Source: Octopus vulgaris
Lineage: Eukaryota
Direction of reading: 5' to 3'
DNA: 64,000 nucleotides
Assembly (NCBI GenBank): GCA_951406725.2
Contig: OX597819.1
Span: 19,902,001 to 19,966,000, forward strand
Shown here: piece by piece, positions 27,243-41,160 of the stretch
Layout of the letters: every line of letters begins with the position of its first letter
How positions within the stretch are numbered: the stretch's first letter is position 1
Made by a program: the position numbers and the translations under genes
Notes under the pieces: model-generated
What the model was told of the DNA's origin: nothing
Database searches by the model: none
Seen by the model: only the letters and a program-made list of their open reading frames with translations

Positions 27243-27396
27243 TTTTTTTCAGATTCCTTCTACCAAATTCACTCACAGGCCTTTGTCGGCCTGATGTTCT
27301 AGAAGAAGTCACTTGCCGTAGGTGCTACGCAGTGGGACTGGACCCGGAACGATGTTGTCTAGAAGCAAACTCTTACCATACAACCCCGCCGGCGAC
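27243..27396 (-). mobile_element. diverged SINE family C
   Basis: Similar to 23079-23240 (CTACCAAATTCACTCAC...GCAGTGGGACTG). Confidence 0.75.
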
Positions 27397-27564
27397 ATGA
27401 ATATTTACCATATATACTCTTCGTGGGCGACGTAATTATATGTAGGTGTCTTCTAACGGTTGCTCAGTAAACTGTGCAGCATCTCACATCAATATTTCTT
27501 TATTGACATCTTTCTAATGTTCCACAGGTGAAAACTTAAAACACAAACTGTAATTTCACAATAT

Positions 27565-27696
27565 ATGCTTCCACATAACCGCACGCCTCCGTGTTTAGAC
27601 ATATGTGAGAACGACCAGCTTCTTAAGAGTCCATGTACACCGATTTGCATCGACGCTTACGACACCAATGTGACAGTTGTTAAACCAGCAATGAAA

Positions 27697-27739
<43 letters not shown>

Positions 27740-28024
27740 TTACTACTACTACTAGTAGTAGTACTACTGCTGCTGCTGCTGCTGGTACTACTACTACTAG
27801 TACTACTGCTGCTGCTGCTGCTGGTAGTACTACTACTACTGCTGGTACTACTACTACTACCTCTACTTCTACTATTACCTCTACTACTACTACTACTACT
27901 ACTACTACCTCTTCTACTACTACTACTACCTCTTCTACTACTACTACCTCTACTACTACTACCACTACTACTACCTCTACTACTACTACTGCTACTACTA
28001 TCTCTACTACTACTACTACTACCT

Positions 28025-28067
<43 letters not shown>

Positions 28068-28085
28068 CTCTACTACTACTGCTGG

Positions 28086-28145
<60 letters not shown>

Positions 28146-28184
28146 TGCTACTACTACTACTACAGATGCTGCTGCTATTGTTGG
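27565..28184 (+). CDS. candidate first coding exon of a Thr-rich (mucin-like or de novo) protein
   Basis: Acceptor TTCTAATGTTCCACAG ends at 27527 and an ATG lies at 27565. About 43 non-repetitive codons (4 Cys) precede an interrupted (ACT)n tract kept in frame. The donor GG|GTATGT lies at 28185. Confidence 0.3.
27697..28163. repeat. interrupted (ACT)n/(GCT)n microsatellite
   Basis: Seen directly in the sequence. Confidence 0.97.
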
Positions 28185-29849
28185 GTATGTAGTGATTAAT
28201 TAAGATTGTTATTCTAAAACAGAAATATTTGCTTCTTTAATGAATTTGCTTTGAATTTCGAATTTGTGTTACATGTGTCTGGTATTGGTTTTGTTGTTGC
28301 TATCACTGCTCGCTTTCATTGTTAGTATATCATAACCTATTAATACGTTTATCTAGTGAATCTATTCTACGATGTACACCACAGCGACTATCCGCTATTT
28401 TTTTGTTCGTGTGTATATTGCTATTCTTTCTGTTTTAGTGCAACAAAAATTTAGAGATGATATAGCTGCTAGTTCTAGCATGTCAGAGCGTAATAAGGAG
28501 ACGTTCGTATCGAGTCGTAAAGTTATTGCTGTCTTGTCGCCCACTGATTGAACAGGTTTGCTATCAAGCCATTGGCACTATTACTTTCTCTTTTGATTAA
28601 GAAGATATTCTGTGGTTGATAATGTCATTATCAGGTAATACACGGAGTTGATTTAATTAATTACATGCACTCTCACAAAATGCATGCCCTTGATTATATC
28701 TCATGATTAGATCGATAAAATGAATATCGATCAATTACCTCGATCGATATTAACGTTAGTGTCCTCTCAGCGGAAAATATTTGACCTTGTACCTATGTTA
28801 ATTACCCGAATGTTTATTAGCTTTGTGTCTGTTGTCTTTTCTTTTTTTTTTTTTTGGTTAGTCTTGATCGAACAACTCATTACAAAATCATTCCAGACAA
28901 GACTCACTGATTGGTTAATTATTAGTTTGTGTTTAGCGTAGATTAGTACAGATTGTGTGTAACAGACTCAGAATGCATAACGAAATGCGATTCTCCGTTT
29001 AGACAATTTCACTTCAGTTGATCTGCTAATTCTGGTGGGAAAAAGGGAACGATGATCATTGAAGCATTACTTTAGCTAAGAAATCAGCCATATTTGTCAA
29101 CACCATCAGAAGACGTACACACACACAGTGAAACGACTGAAGTGTGGCGTTTGCTTTCTAAGGTTTATTGTTTGTTAATGTATCTTGAAACAGGAAACGG
29201 CTAGATATGATAGACATACTTGAAAATAGCAGTGTTTGCCAGTGTTTTAATAACGATACAGTTGCCAGCTTCTCAAAGCATATGATAGAATTACACAAGG
29301 CTGGGGTTACGTAAAAATAATTTCTGTGGGTAAACTAATATATGGAACTTTTGTTTATTTTGTATCGAACTAATATCAAAAAGGTTCTTCGTGAAAATCC
29401 CTTTTATTGGGAACTGGAATACGTATCGGACCATTTCTTTCAGTTTAACCTTCAAAACTGACGATCGTGCTAGAATCTAACAACAAATGACATGAGATAC
29501 ATCCGTCTAACAAAAGAAACACGATTACCCCCGTTAAAGACATCGGAGACAACGTCATCCTTTGCTTTCTAGTCATAATTCATATACCGGTGTAATATTC
29601 AGTTATAGGTGATCCGGTGGGTCACTAAAATCATGGAAGTTGCCATGATCAATAAACGACAAAACAATACGTTAATGATGTCCAATTGAAGGTGCTGTGG
29701 CGAAGGCTTTACAAGCTCATCATACTGAGCAAAAGGTCCAGCTCTTAGACATTTGTCTATCGTCTTTGCCGGGAGTTACATGAGATCATAGATCTCCCCT
29801 GTCCTGCCAAAATCTAAGCAGAGAACGAAACCATTCAATGCAACAACAA

Positions 29850-30192
29850 CATTTGGGGAACGGTGAAGCTGAAAAAGGGCTTCATTTTGAACATTTTTAT
29901 GATGTTTCATATTTTGATGCTCTTAAATTCATAGAGTTGTTAAACTTAAATCTGGGACTTATATAGTTTTGTCTTACGGTCAAGTGACTTTTAGCCAACT
30001 CTGTATATATATATATATCGTTATTCTACCAAATATATACGCTTTATTTATTATTTTGCACATTACTTAATCATCGTTATATGTTTTAACTTATATTTAA
30101 TCGTTCGATAATATGTAATTTTATAGATGGTATAATTTAATTTTTCATAACTGAATTGATAAAAGGTATTTTATTTTTCCAATTTATATATA
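29850..30192 (+). repeat. about 340-bp local duplication (copy 1), including a Tc1-like right end
   Basis: Near-identical to 32536-32874. Confidence 0.9.
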
Positions 30193-30642
30193 ACGGGAGT
30201 TAAACAAATATTTAACAAAATATTTTAGCTCCAGTGACCATCCCGTCATACGTGACTTTCTTCTTAAAAAACTGTCTTTGTTACAAAATGAGAAGCTAGA
30301 ATTGTCATTATCCGCATGAACATCATCTGTCTAGATAAAACGCGATTGCCAATATCAAATGGAATAAATAAAATAAACAAGAACAGAAAACACTGCATCT
30401 GTATCCATGGCAACACATCCAAAAAAACTATAATATTAATTCGAAGCTCAACAAGTGTTCCAATGAAATTAATTTGGTGTTTCGCCCTAATTATATCGAA
30501 TTGTCTGCAGTATTGTATTTTCATTAATGTGTAAATGTTTTATAATAATACACTTACTAAAAGATCTCACCTTTTTAAATGAGCACATATCGATCTCGCA
30601 TTTTTTTCCTTTCTAAATTTCTTTTACAATTTCTTCTTATAG

Positions 30643-30766
30643 GTGTATAGAACGATTATCCAGATCATTAGCATCAGATACTGCAATAATAACTGTAGCT
30701 GCTGCTATACGTGCATCGTCGTCGTCTTCTTCCTCCTCCTCATCAACATCAACAGAAACATCATGA
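30643..30766 (+). CDS. candidate terminal coding exon (Ser-rich)
   Basis: A long pyrimidine tract ends TTCTTCTTATAG. The phase-2 frame (G)CIERLSRSLASDTAIITVAAAIRASSSSSSSSSTSTETS* is compatible with the donor at 28185. Confidence 0.3.
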
Positions 30767-31226
30767 CTAGTAGAGGCAGCCACTACAGTAGAAATGCAAA
30801 AATAACGCTATTTTATTTTAAATCCGCAAATTATTCTATTTCATAATGAAATAATCAAAAAAATAATGTGTGACGGATTTTTTTTTTTTTTGTTGCCAAA
30901 AGAGATATTGATAACATTTATTTTTAGCCACGGCGGAACGTTGGAAATTTAGAGAAGGAGATATTATCCAACGCTGTTCGAACCACTATTTCAAAGCTCC
31001 TTTTTTTCACAGAAAGATCTCATTTAAGGTTGATAGCTAAGTCTCCGTTGCTGGTACCAAACGTCGGAAGATTCAAGAAAGCTGCTAAGTACCGTAACAC
31101 ATTCTGTCTGACTACGTTCCGTTATTTAATTTTTATTCTCATGTAGTTACAATTAGATATATCAACTTAGTTAATTTTGCATTTCATCTTTCACGCATAC
31201 ATACATTTGTATATGTGTATATATAT

Positions 31227-31335
<109 letters not shown>

Positions 31336-31337
31336 TA

Positions 31338-32202
31338 TACAAGGTGCGGTGTATATATTTTGGACTAATGTACGCAAAAGTGAAAATAATACTGACATCT
31401 TATTTGAAAATATATATTAACGAAAATTACATAAATATATCTTGAAATACTAAAGAGTAGATTTATTCAATAAAATCGACATTTCGTTTCAACCATAATC
31501 TCAGACGACTTCGAAATCTCCTGCAGCTCTTCTGCACAGTATCCTTCTTTAAGTAAGTTTATGATGCAATAATCCCTCTTTGGTGTTACAAGGGGTTTTG
31601 GTGGTCTCTCGCTCAACTGCTCCCCACACATAATAATCAAGGGGATTTCAGTTTGGGGAGTTAGGTAGACAGACGTTAGGGAGGATGTGAACACGGAAAT
31701 TATGTGACAGCCATGACTGAGTTCTCCTGCTTGTGTGACATGGCGCAGAGTTCTATTGCCAGACAAAGGCTCTTCCAGGAGCCATCCTCATGAAGGAGGG
31801 CAGCACTGACTCATCCAGGCTCTTGATGTAGGCATCTATGTTGAGTATGAGGCCGTGTTGGAAGATGAATGGAGGTATAACGTCACCGTCAATAGTGATC
31901 ACTCGAAACACCATGAGGTTGCCTGGATGTTTCATGTTATCAATCTCAGTACATATGTTGGGGACACGGCTTGCCGTGTCAAGCCAACCATTTTGCTCTG
32001 ATTTCACAATCTGCTCGTATTGCAGCTTCCGGCGGAAATGCCAAGCAGTACAGCATGTCAAATTGTTTCATGGGGATTTTCTTCTCACAGACGGTGTCCT
32101 ACTACCCGTATACTATGCTGTGTAATCGAGAAAATCAAAAACAATGTACTTGCGCCAAATGAAATATATAAAATTGCGACAATTTACCCATCGCAATCTG
32201 TA
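31338..32202 (-). mobile_element. decayed Tc1/mariner-superfamily transposon, maT (DD37D) type
   Basis: The - strand reads KHPGNLMVF..ITIDGDVIPPFIF...FVWQ*NSAPCHTSRRTQSWL...PNSPN*NPLDYYVWG. I counted 37 residues between the (D>N)SAP and NPLD acidic positions. Ends are degenerate TACA..TGCG. Confidence 0.85.
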
Positions 32203-32294
32203 TGTATGCATGTATATATATATATATATATATATATATGTTTGTGTGCATGTGTGGTTTTGCGTGAGTGAGTGTGTTTCTATATTTGTATGTA

Positions 32295-32347
<53 letters not shown>

Positions 32348-32462
32348 AACACTTAATAGATCTACAAACCAACTGTAAAATTATATTATTAAAAAATTAA
32401 ATTGATTGATTAGAACTAACAGTGAAATCATTATTTTCCTTTTTGAAATATATATATTTATA

Positions 32463-32691
32463 TACAGGGTTGTTCAAAAGTCAGTCGACTGTACATTAAA
32501 ATTTCATAAATACCTAATTTTCAATTTTATTTATTCATTTGGGGAACGGTGAAGCTAAAAAAGGGCTTCACTTTGAACATTTTTATGACGTTTCATATTT
32601 TGATGCTCTTAAATTCATAGAGTTGTTAAACTTAAATCTGGTACTTATATAGTTTTGTTTTACGGTCAAGTGACTTTTAGCCAACTCTGTA
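32463..32691. mobile_element. Tc1-like MITE (internally deleted)
   Basis: Imperfect TIRs TACAGGGTTGTTCAAAAGTCA / TGACTTTTAGCCAACTCTGTA with TA ends. Confidence 0.75.
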
Positions 32692-32963
32692 TATACATAT
32701 ATATATAGTTATTCTACCAAATATATACGCTTTATTTATTATTTTGCACATTACTTAATCATCGTTATATGTTTTATCTTATATTTAATCTTTCTATACG
32801 TAATTTTATAGATGGTATTCAATTTGTCATAATTGAATTGATAAAAGGTGGGTTCTTTTTCTAATTTATATATATATATTTATATATATATAATATTTTG
32901 TGAAATTTGATTTAGTATTTCTAAATTGAATTTTTCCCTGTAAGTTTGGAATAATATTCCCTC

Positions 32964-33066
<103 letters not shown>

Positions 33067-33094
33067 CTTATATAAATATATATAATACAGTGTA

Positions 33095-33853
33095 AAATTA
33101 GTTAATTAATTAATTAATTTTTACCAGGTTGTTCGGTTTGTTAAATGAACCATTATCGGTAACCTTACACAAAAAAATTCTTAAATTATAAGCATAATTA
33201 TAATTAGGGTTCAGCACATTGCTTCACCAAGTACCGAAATTTTAGAAATAGCAGTCAAATGCTATTCCTCTACCATAAGATATATCCCAGACAGCAATAC
33301 TCCCAAATCACGTAGGTAAAGAGAAAAAAATTACGAATCTACACGGTTTTGATCAACCAGATACGCGTTTCTGGATTAAAGAGATGTAAATTTTTTATTT
33401 TCACACACTTATTTCTGTCTTCAGGGTTGTACTTCAATTATACATTTGAGAGTACTATTAATTAAAATACGTACTCGACCAAGCGACACCGCATAACTAA
33501 TATCCAGAAACCAGTACTTCCGAATTTATACAGACGTGGTAGAACTCGCATTCTTCCCCAATCACCCACGGGTGTTACTAGTAATCCCGCAGAAACTGCA
33601 GTTTACTATCAGGGTGTTAATTATATTATCAATATCACTAACGGTTAAAATTAATTAATTAATTAATAATTAATAATCCTTACCAAGTAGTTCAGTATGT
33701 TAAAAGAACCACTATCGGTAACATTATACAGATAAAGAAATCTATAATTATAAGCATAATTATAAATTGGGTTCAGCAAATAGCTTCACCATATACAGAC
33801 ATTTAGAAATAGCAGTTAAATACTATTCCTCTACCATTAGATATCTCCCAGAC
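33095..33853. mobile_element. partial tandem pLTR/retrozyme-like repeat (about 200-bp direct repeats, about 555-bp period)
   Basis: 33095-33293 resembles 33647-33853. The spacer carries a hammerhead-like motif. Confidence 0.75.
33354..33429 (-). ncRNA. hammerhead-like motif
   Basis: The - strand reads CAACC-CTGAAGA-...-GAAAC-GC-GTA-(TCT)-GGTTG with palindromic ACGCGT. Stem II is poorly paired. Confidence 0.5.
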
Positions 33854-33854
33854 A

Positions 33855-33957
33855 CCCTTTCAAATACTTTAATTAAATGACGAGTGAATGAAATCGGATG
33901 GTAGTTCACTGCAAGATATTTGTTTCCCTTTTTAAAGACTGGAACGACAGACTGGGA
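33855..33957 (-). mobile_element. CR1/L2-type RT N-terminal fragment
   Basis: VVPVFKKGNKYLAVNYHPISFTRHLIKVFERV matches the P..KKG...NYRPISL...K.FE motif. Confidence 0.85.
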
Positions 33958-34177
33958 AAAGAAAATGATCAGGAATGTAACCTGCCTCACGTGTATTCTT
34001 CCAGAGCTCAGATAGAGGGAGTGCATTTTTGATGTCGACACATCTTCAGGAGAGTGACTGGGAGTTTATCGCGACCTAATATCGAGTTGTGCTTGATCTT
34101 ATTTATTCCTGTTAGGATATCAGTATCACCAAAATTATGTCAGATACGGTTAGTTGAGGGATTACATCAGTGATACT

Positions 34178-34232
34178 CTTTTACTCTGTTACTTGTTTCA
34201 GTCATTTGACTGCGGCCATGCTTGAGCACCGC
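34178..34232 (-). mobile_element. isolated LINE/SINE shared 3' tail
   Basis: Reverse complement of GCGGTGCTCAAGCATGGCCGCAGTCAAATGACTGAAACAAGT, which matches 6224-6270. Confidence 0.8.
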
Positions 34233-36329
34233 TGTTTTTGTTGCCGTGGTGGGGACGGGGGTTGTTGCTGTTGCTGTGATGGTGGTTGTTGTTGCTGTAG
34301 TGGCTGTTATTGTTGCTGTTGTGGTGGTGGTGGTAATGGTTGCTGTTGAACAGTATATGAAGAGTATATGAAGAGAAAACGCGGAGTTTTTGAAAATGTC
34401 TATTAATTAATTTAAATGCAATTTCAATTCGTTTAAGTCTGTTTTGAATCTGCTTCGCGGAGCAATTTTTAAAGAGTTGAATTGTACTTCTGGTTATTAG
34501 GTCACGACATGTTGTGCCTATGTTCTCCGTTTCGGCAAGACAGTACCGTGAATTTATCAGTTTTATCCATCTAAAACTAACGGCCACACATACAAGACTT
34601 TACTTATTAAACTATCAACGAATTTCGCAAAACACAAACACCGTTCGCTGTATATATTTTAACGCGCAGCTTTGTTAAAAGTCGTTCGTCTGTACATTGC
34701 TTGTTCTGTTCAAATGAGGATCTTTTACGTGACACACGTAGCCGAATGTTAGTTGATTCCGTCTTGATAGTCATCTCTGCACCTCCATTCATCAAAGAAA
34801 GGCCGGCAATCAACGTGGTCATGTCGTATTTTCCAACGTAGTGGGATCTTGCTTACATTTCGCAGGATTAGAGAGGTTATATTTTTCCTCATTCATTATA
34901 ACTTTTGCCAAGTTCCATTCGAATATAGCTTCTTGTAGAAGACAAGAAAATTTAGCATGGAAAATCAGAGGAGAAACGACGACGGTGACAGCAATACCAT
35001 TAAACAAATAGCAAAAGAGGTCACCACGCCGACCACTAACACTCCCATCAACACCAGCAAAATCATCACAAACCAAAATGTACTTTAATACTACCACTGT
35101 TTCTGCTTTCGTCGACATTCCTGCTATGGCAACTGATGCCGTCAACGCACTCGCTACTGCTTCCTCGGATGATGATGTTAATAATGGTAACTCTCCTGGT
35201 CTTAAAAGTGGTTGATCAAAGGTCGGAAAAAACAAACGAATGAAAAAGTAAAGTTGAAATTTCATCGAACGTATTCTGTGCAATCTCATAGTGTGAAATC
35301 GTATTTTAATTGAATGTGTCAAGGGGTTTATTCGTTAGGTGTATATTTGCAATCCCTATTAAGATATTGCTAATTGATGAATTAATTGTCAATACTTATC
35401 TCTCGTTATATATAACAACAATAAATGGATGCTGTTCTACCACGCAGTCCTTCGATCTGACTTCGTGGTAACCTTTACATGCACACAAACAATATTAGGC
35501 ATTTCAAGAACATACCTCTGCATGTGTGTGTGTGTGCGTGCGTGTGTGTGTGTGTGTGTGTGTGCGTGTGTGCGTGTGTGTGTGTATTTTGGTTAACCTT
35601 CAGTTAGTGTTCTGGTTAACAGATATAATTAAAGACAATCTAGCCGTGGCCATTAGGTTCTGTTAGCAATAAGCGGGGCTACATTATCTAAAGCGTTTTT
35701 TCTGCTTGGTTAAGATTGCGCAGCGTGATACGAAGAGAGATATAGGTTTCAGTGAAACAAGCTTGAAAAAGCAATTAGAGTATCTATAGCTTAATTAAAA
35801 TCTATGTGTGACTGAGAGAAATTCAACAGTGGGAGGGGGGGTGCTTCGTGAAAAGTTAATTGGGAACTAGGGGCCAGCATACAACAGAATCTCCGTGTGT
35901 AAGTATGTGTTTTCTGTATGCGTGTGTCGTGAACATTGTTTTAAAAGCTAATGCCAATTAGATATGTTTACTTATTCATTCCTTTTCTTCAGTCGGTTTG
36001 CATTCGGTAAAATTTTATACAAAATAAATTAATGAAAGTTAAACAAAATATTGATTAGAAATTGAATGGGTTCAAATAATTTTGTTTTAAATTTCAGTTA
36101 ATAACCTTAATTGTACAGAAGTCGATAAAACCTTTATGTTTTTTTTTTTTTTTTCAGTTATTTTTGTTCATTGAATTTACATCATTGACTCTCTACCTGT
36201 TTCGCACTCTCTATCCCTACCACTTTCACGCGTTCTCTTCCTCTCTATACACCCACGCTCACAGCGCACGATCTTTATACACACCTATTCACACACATAC
36301 ACGTACATCTATGCTTGCATAGAGGCATA

Positions 36330-36362
<33 letters not shown>

Positions 36363-36720
36363 GCATGTGTGTGTGTGCGTGTGCGTGTGTGTGTGTGTGC
36401 ATATATGTAATGCTTATATGCATACATGCATACATATACACACACACACGTACGTTTCACTTTGTTTAACATTGGAATACAAAACAAAAAATGGTCTCGC
36501 GAATGCTCCTGCTAAAATTTCTTAGCAGATTCACAGGCAAAATAGTGAGCATGGCATTATAGTAATCACCAATTAGATACATGTGTTAGTATACGAAGTG
36601 CTTAAAACATAATTGTATTAAGTTCAACATAACCAATATACACATCTAACTGCATACAATTTACACACAAATACATACGAGTGTGTCTATGAGTATGTAT
36701 ATATACATATACATTCATAC

Positions 36721-36830
<110 letters not shown>

Positions 36831-36904
36831 TGTACACTTCTGTTTATATGTATGTGTATGTATGGATAGATACGCATATATATATGTATATATGTGTGGG
36901 TGTG

Positions 36905-36957
<53 letters not shown>

Positions 36958-37707
36958 AACTTGTGAATTCCAGTGACCGTCCTTCTACGTTGTATGTATG
37001 TATGTGTATATGTATGCATATATGTTTCTATGTAATTATGCGTATATGTATGAATGCATGCACGTTTCTTGGAGTGTGTGTTTTGCAATGAAATAGCGTC
37101 CCTCTTCAACTGATGTCTGTGTGAATTTGAAGATAGAGAAAGTGAGAGAGAGAGGGAGAGGGAGCGAGCAAGAGGGAGAGAGAGAGAGTTTCTTCTGAAA
37201 AGAATAGAATGTGGTGTTAATTTATTTATCCGTCAATTACCTTCAGTAAGCAAAGCTAATAGCATTACTCTATCAGCTCCTAGTTTAATCGAATTACACC
37301 AAATTCTATTGATGTATTTTACCTCTATCTGGAACATACCCATGTGATATGTATAAGTTTTATCTCTTGTTATCGATCTCACTTGACTGTTCAATACAAG
37401 CTACGACAAATTGGATCACTCACCGAAACTATTCGTGTTCGATATCTTCAGATTGTGACAGTAGCTAGATTGGTTGAAAGAGAGGAAGTGAGAAAGATTG
37501 ATAAACAAAGAGTGAGTTATAGATAGAGAGAGAACGAAAGAGGAGAGAATGAGAGAGGTATTCTGTCATACAAAGATGGAGGCTGATGGAAGGGAGAAAT
37601 AGTTAAAATCCGATAATGACACAAGGAGTGAGATTACGAGAGAATGAGAATCAGATACCGCTATAACATATACACTCTGGAAAATGTTAAGGTCCTATAT
37701 ATGTGTA

Positions 37708-37785
<78 letters not shown>

Positions 37786-38540
37786 TTTATGTGTGTGTAG
37801 CTATGTATACATACATATATACACTCATATATTTATGTAAGTATAGCTGCACACATGCATTCACTCAAACACATTCGTACAGTTTAGTTAGGCCACGTAT
37901 TGAAATGAATTTGAATATCTCACAGTTTTCATTCGTTTACTAATTATAGTGCCAGTTAACACAAAGAACACCGTTTAAACTCAATATACGCACATAGGCC
38001 GATCTACACATCGTACAAGCGGGAAGAAGGGCTATGTTTAACATTCTACTCGCCTCCATTCATATTAATGCAATTAATATATGTATACACATACACTTAC
38101 ACACACAGACACACACACACACACACACATATATATATTTATAATCATATATGCATGTATATATATATATATATATATATGTGAGTGAGTGGAAGCGTAT
38201 GTGTGAATGCATATACATGGAGAGACGGATAATAAAAGAGAAATAAAAGAAGAGAAAAATACCTTAGAGTGGCAAGCATTTTGACTCTAGCGAACACAAA
38301 TGAATGAAGTTATTCGAAATAATTCCTTGATTTATGAGAAATATTGTGGCTTCGAGAGAAAATAAATGCAACAAAATGTTTAATAGAAAATGTTGTTACA
38401 GAGATTTATATAAAGTTTAGCTAAAAAAATGATGAAACCGGACATAAAACGTACAGTCGAATAATATATGTGGTAAAGATAGGGGAGAAACTAACCAGAG
38501 ACCAAATAGCGCAGAAAATTCCCTGTGAGACAACATAGGT

Positions 38541-39085
38541 ATTCAGAAGTGACCACATGGCTTATTAGGAAGTGGGTAACAGGAAGTGATCACAAGGGTA
38601 ATCACGATGTAACTGCATCCGGAAGCGATCAAATGGTTAATCAGGAAGTAGTCACATGAGTAATCATGAAGTGACCATAATGGCAATCAGGAAGTGACCA
38701 TATGGGTAAAGTGAAAGTGACTCTTTGGGTAATGAGGAAATGACCACTTAGGTAATGAGGAAGTGACTTCTTGGGTAATCAGTGACCCCTTGGGTAATCA
38801 GGGAGTGACCACATGGTTAATCAGGAAGTGACCACATGGTTAATCAGTGAGTGACCTCATGGCTAATCAGGAATTGACCACATGTCTAATCAGGAAGTGA
38901 GTGACCTCATGGCTAATCAGGGAGTGACCCCCATGGCTAATCAGGAAGTGACCACATGGCTAGTCAGGGAGTGACCACATGGCTAATCGAAACTGACCAA
39001 GTGGCTAATTGTAACTGACCACATGGATAATCGAAACTGACCACATGAGTAATCGGAACTGACCACATTGATAACCAGAAAAAAG
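38541..39085 (+). repeat. 23-bp minisatellite, consensus AATCAGGAAGTGACCACATGGYT
   Basis: Over 20 diverged tandem units are visible. Confidence 0.92.
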
Positions 39086-39852
39086 ATAACAACGGTTACA
39101 GGAAATACTGCCTGTATACCTCCACAAATTGCCTGCGTAGCATCGGATGTGCATTCAACGTCGAAAAATAACAAACGCGAAATATATGGATATTTAAACC
39201 GATAAACGGATTACAACATCATGGTACAATTTAGCAATAAAAAAACATGTACATTGTAAATACTGATCTTAATATCAATTACTGAGACCAGATACAGATA
39301 CGGAATGTAACAGTGCCAATAAGAACTCGCAAAAATAATGAAAAGTACCAATACACGACATGACAGCAGCTAGGGAAACTAGCGTAATACAAATTGTCAT
39401 TGGTAATTAGGAGAAATAATAATACAATTTTAAAAATCGACCAATGACGAAAGTAAAAAAAAAAGAAAGACACCAACGTCTGTGGAAGCTTTTAACAAGA
39501 AACAATGAACACGATAACAAAACACAAGTGAATGAACAAACACGCATGCGCTAAAGTGAATAAAACCATTTTCAAATTATAAAAGCAAAAACCACTTGAA
39601 ATATCGCAGTGCTGTGAATTACGGATAAGAAAAAAGTGTAATTCTCTTGAAAGGAACAATATACGTTGTTGGAAATGATGGGCATGGGCATTCGTTTTCA
39701 ATGCGAATTTACGAAATTCAGAAAGTTTAATGCACAAATATGTATGACTATGTGTGTGCTTGTGTGTCTGTGCGTGTGTACACAATCATATGCATACACA
39801 CATCTCCGTATATGAGAATAACACACATATGTAAGTATATACACACACACAT

Positions 39853-40231
39853 TGGAAGCATTCCGTCGGTTGCGACGACGAGGGTTCCGGTTGATCCAAT
39901 CAACGGAACAGCCTGCTCGTGAAATTAACGTGTAAGTGGCTGAGCACTCCACAGACACGTGTAGCCTTAACGTAGTTCTCGGGGATATTCAGCGTGACAC
40001 AGAGTGACAAGGTCGGACCTTTGAAATACAGGTACAAAAGAAACAGGAAGGAAGAGTGAGAGAAAGTTGTGGTGAAAGAGTACAGCAGGGATCGCCACCA
40101 TCCCTGCCGGAGCCTCGTGGAACTTTAGGTGTTTTCGCTCAATAAACACTCACAACGCCCGGTCTGGGAATCGAAACCGCGATCCTACGACCGCGAGTCC
40201 GCTGCCCTAACCACTGGGCCATTGCGCCTCC
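39853..40231 (-). mobile_element. SINE family B, long copy inside (CA)n
   Basis: tRNA-like head (A-box TGGCCCAGTGG, B-box-like GGTTTCGATTCCC) plus a body of about 300 bp. Confidence 0.9.
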
Positions 40232-40251
40232 ACACACACACATATATAGGT

Positions 40252-40297
<46 letters not shown>

Positions 40298-40417
40298 AGA
40301 GACTGAATCACCTTCAACTCAACACTGAAAGGATTTATACCCACCCCTCCATAAAATGTTAAAAATTAAATTTTATACTAACTATATCTATTCTGAAACC
40401 TGTATTTACCGTTTATA

Positions 40418-40516
40418 AGACTATCCGTGTTTCATGAAAGTACGTCGGTATTGATTTGATACGAGGTATCTAGATTCAATACTTACTCGGTTCGACATTC
40501 TTCCAATCTTCAGGTT
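40418..40516 (-). ncRNA. hammerhead motif, left arm (cleavage triplet and stem III mutated)
   Basis: The - strand reads CTGAAGA-T-TGGAAGAATGTCG...CGACGTACTTTCA-T-GAAAC-ACGG-ATA-GTCT. Confidence 0.5.
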
Positions 40517-41160
40517 TGGATTCCTCAACATTTTTTACTACCCTTATCTCTTCCAATAATACATAGATTGAATAAATTAAAGAGCGATAAAAGTGGCTTG
40601 TTCCCATGATGTATTCATTTCCGATTCCCCTGGCAGTAGTATATAAAGAAATAGATACACCAGTAGAACTTTCTGACACTTATTTGTATTACCTACTATA
40701 CTTAGGTATTATGAAACGCGGAGTTTACCTTATTTGCAAGATGTAGCTTTGTCTAATTTTCGCCAAGAAAAGAAAAGTTAAGTTAACATTCGTTTTATTT
40801 TTGTCTCTATTATTTCATTGTTGTTATTATTATTTCATTTTTATTTCGTATTTGTTTATTTGCATTTGTTTATTCGTTATTCGGAACATTTATTCGTAAC
40901 TTTTACTTGTATTTTTGTCTCTTAAAAAATGTTTTTTTTCCATAATGTTTATTCCTTGAGTTTTTATTCTTTAGATTTATAATTTTATTTTTTTCTTTAT
41001 TGAACTTTTACTCTTAAAATTTTTAATATTCAGTAATGTTTTAAATTTATTGCCTGTATTTCTATTCATTAGCACATGTTAATTAAGATTATATTGAAGA
41101 TATAGTGTATCATGGAAGTATTTAAGATATAGGGCTAGGGAAAATTGTTGAGGAATCCAT

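Noticed and set aside
38541-39085. CRISPR-like array
   Set aside because: Units are contiguous and degenerate, with no unique spacers and no cas genes, in a eukaryotic context.
40150-40231. tRNA gene
   Set aside because: The tRNA-like head continues into a repeated SINE body, and the same head occurs at 6510-6589.
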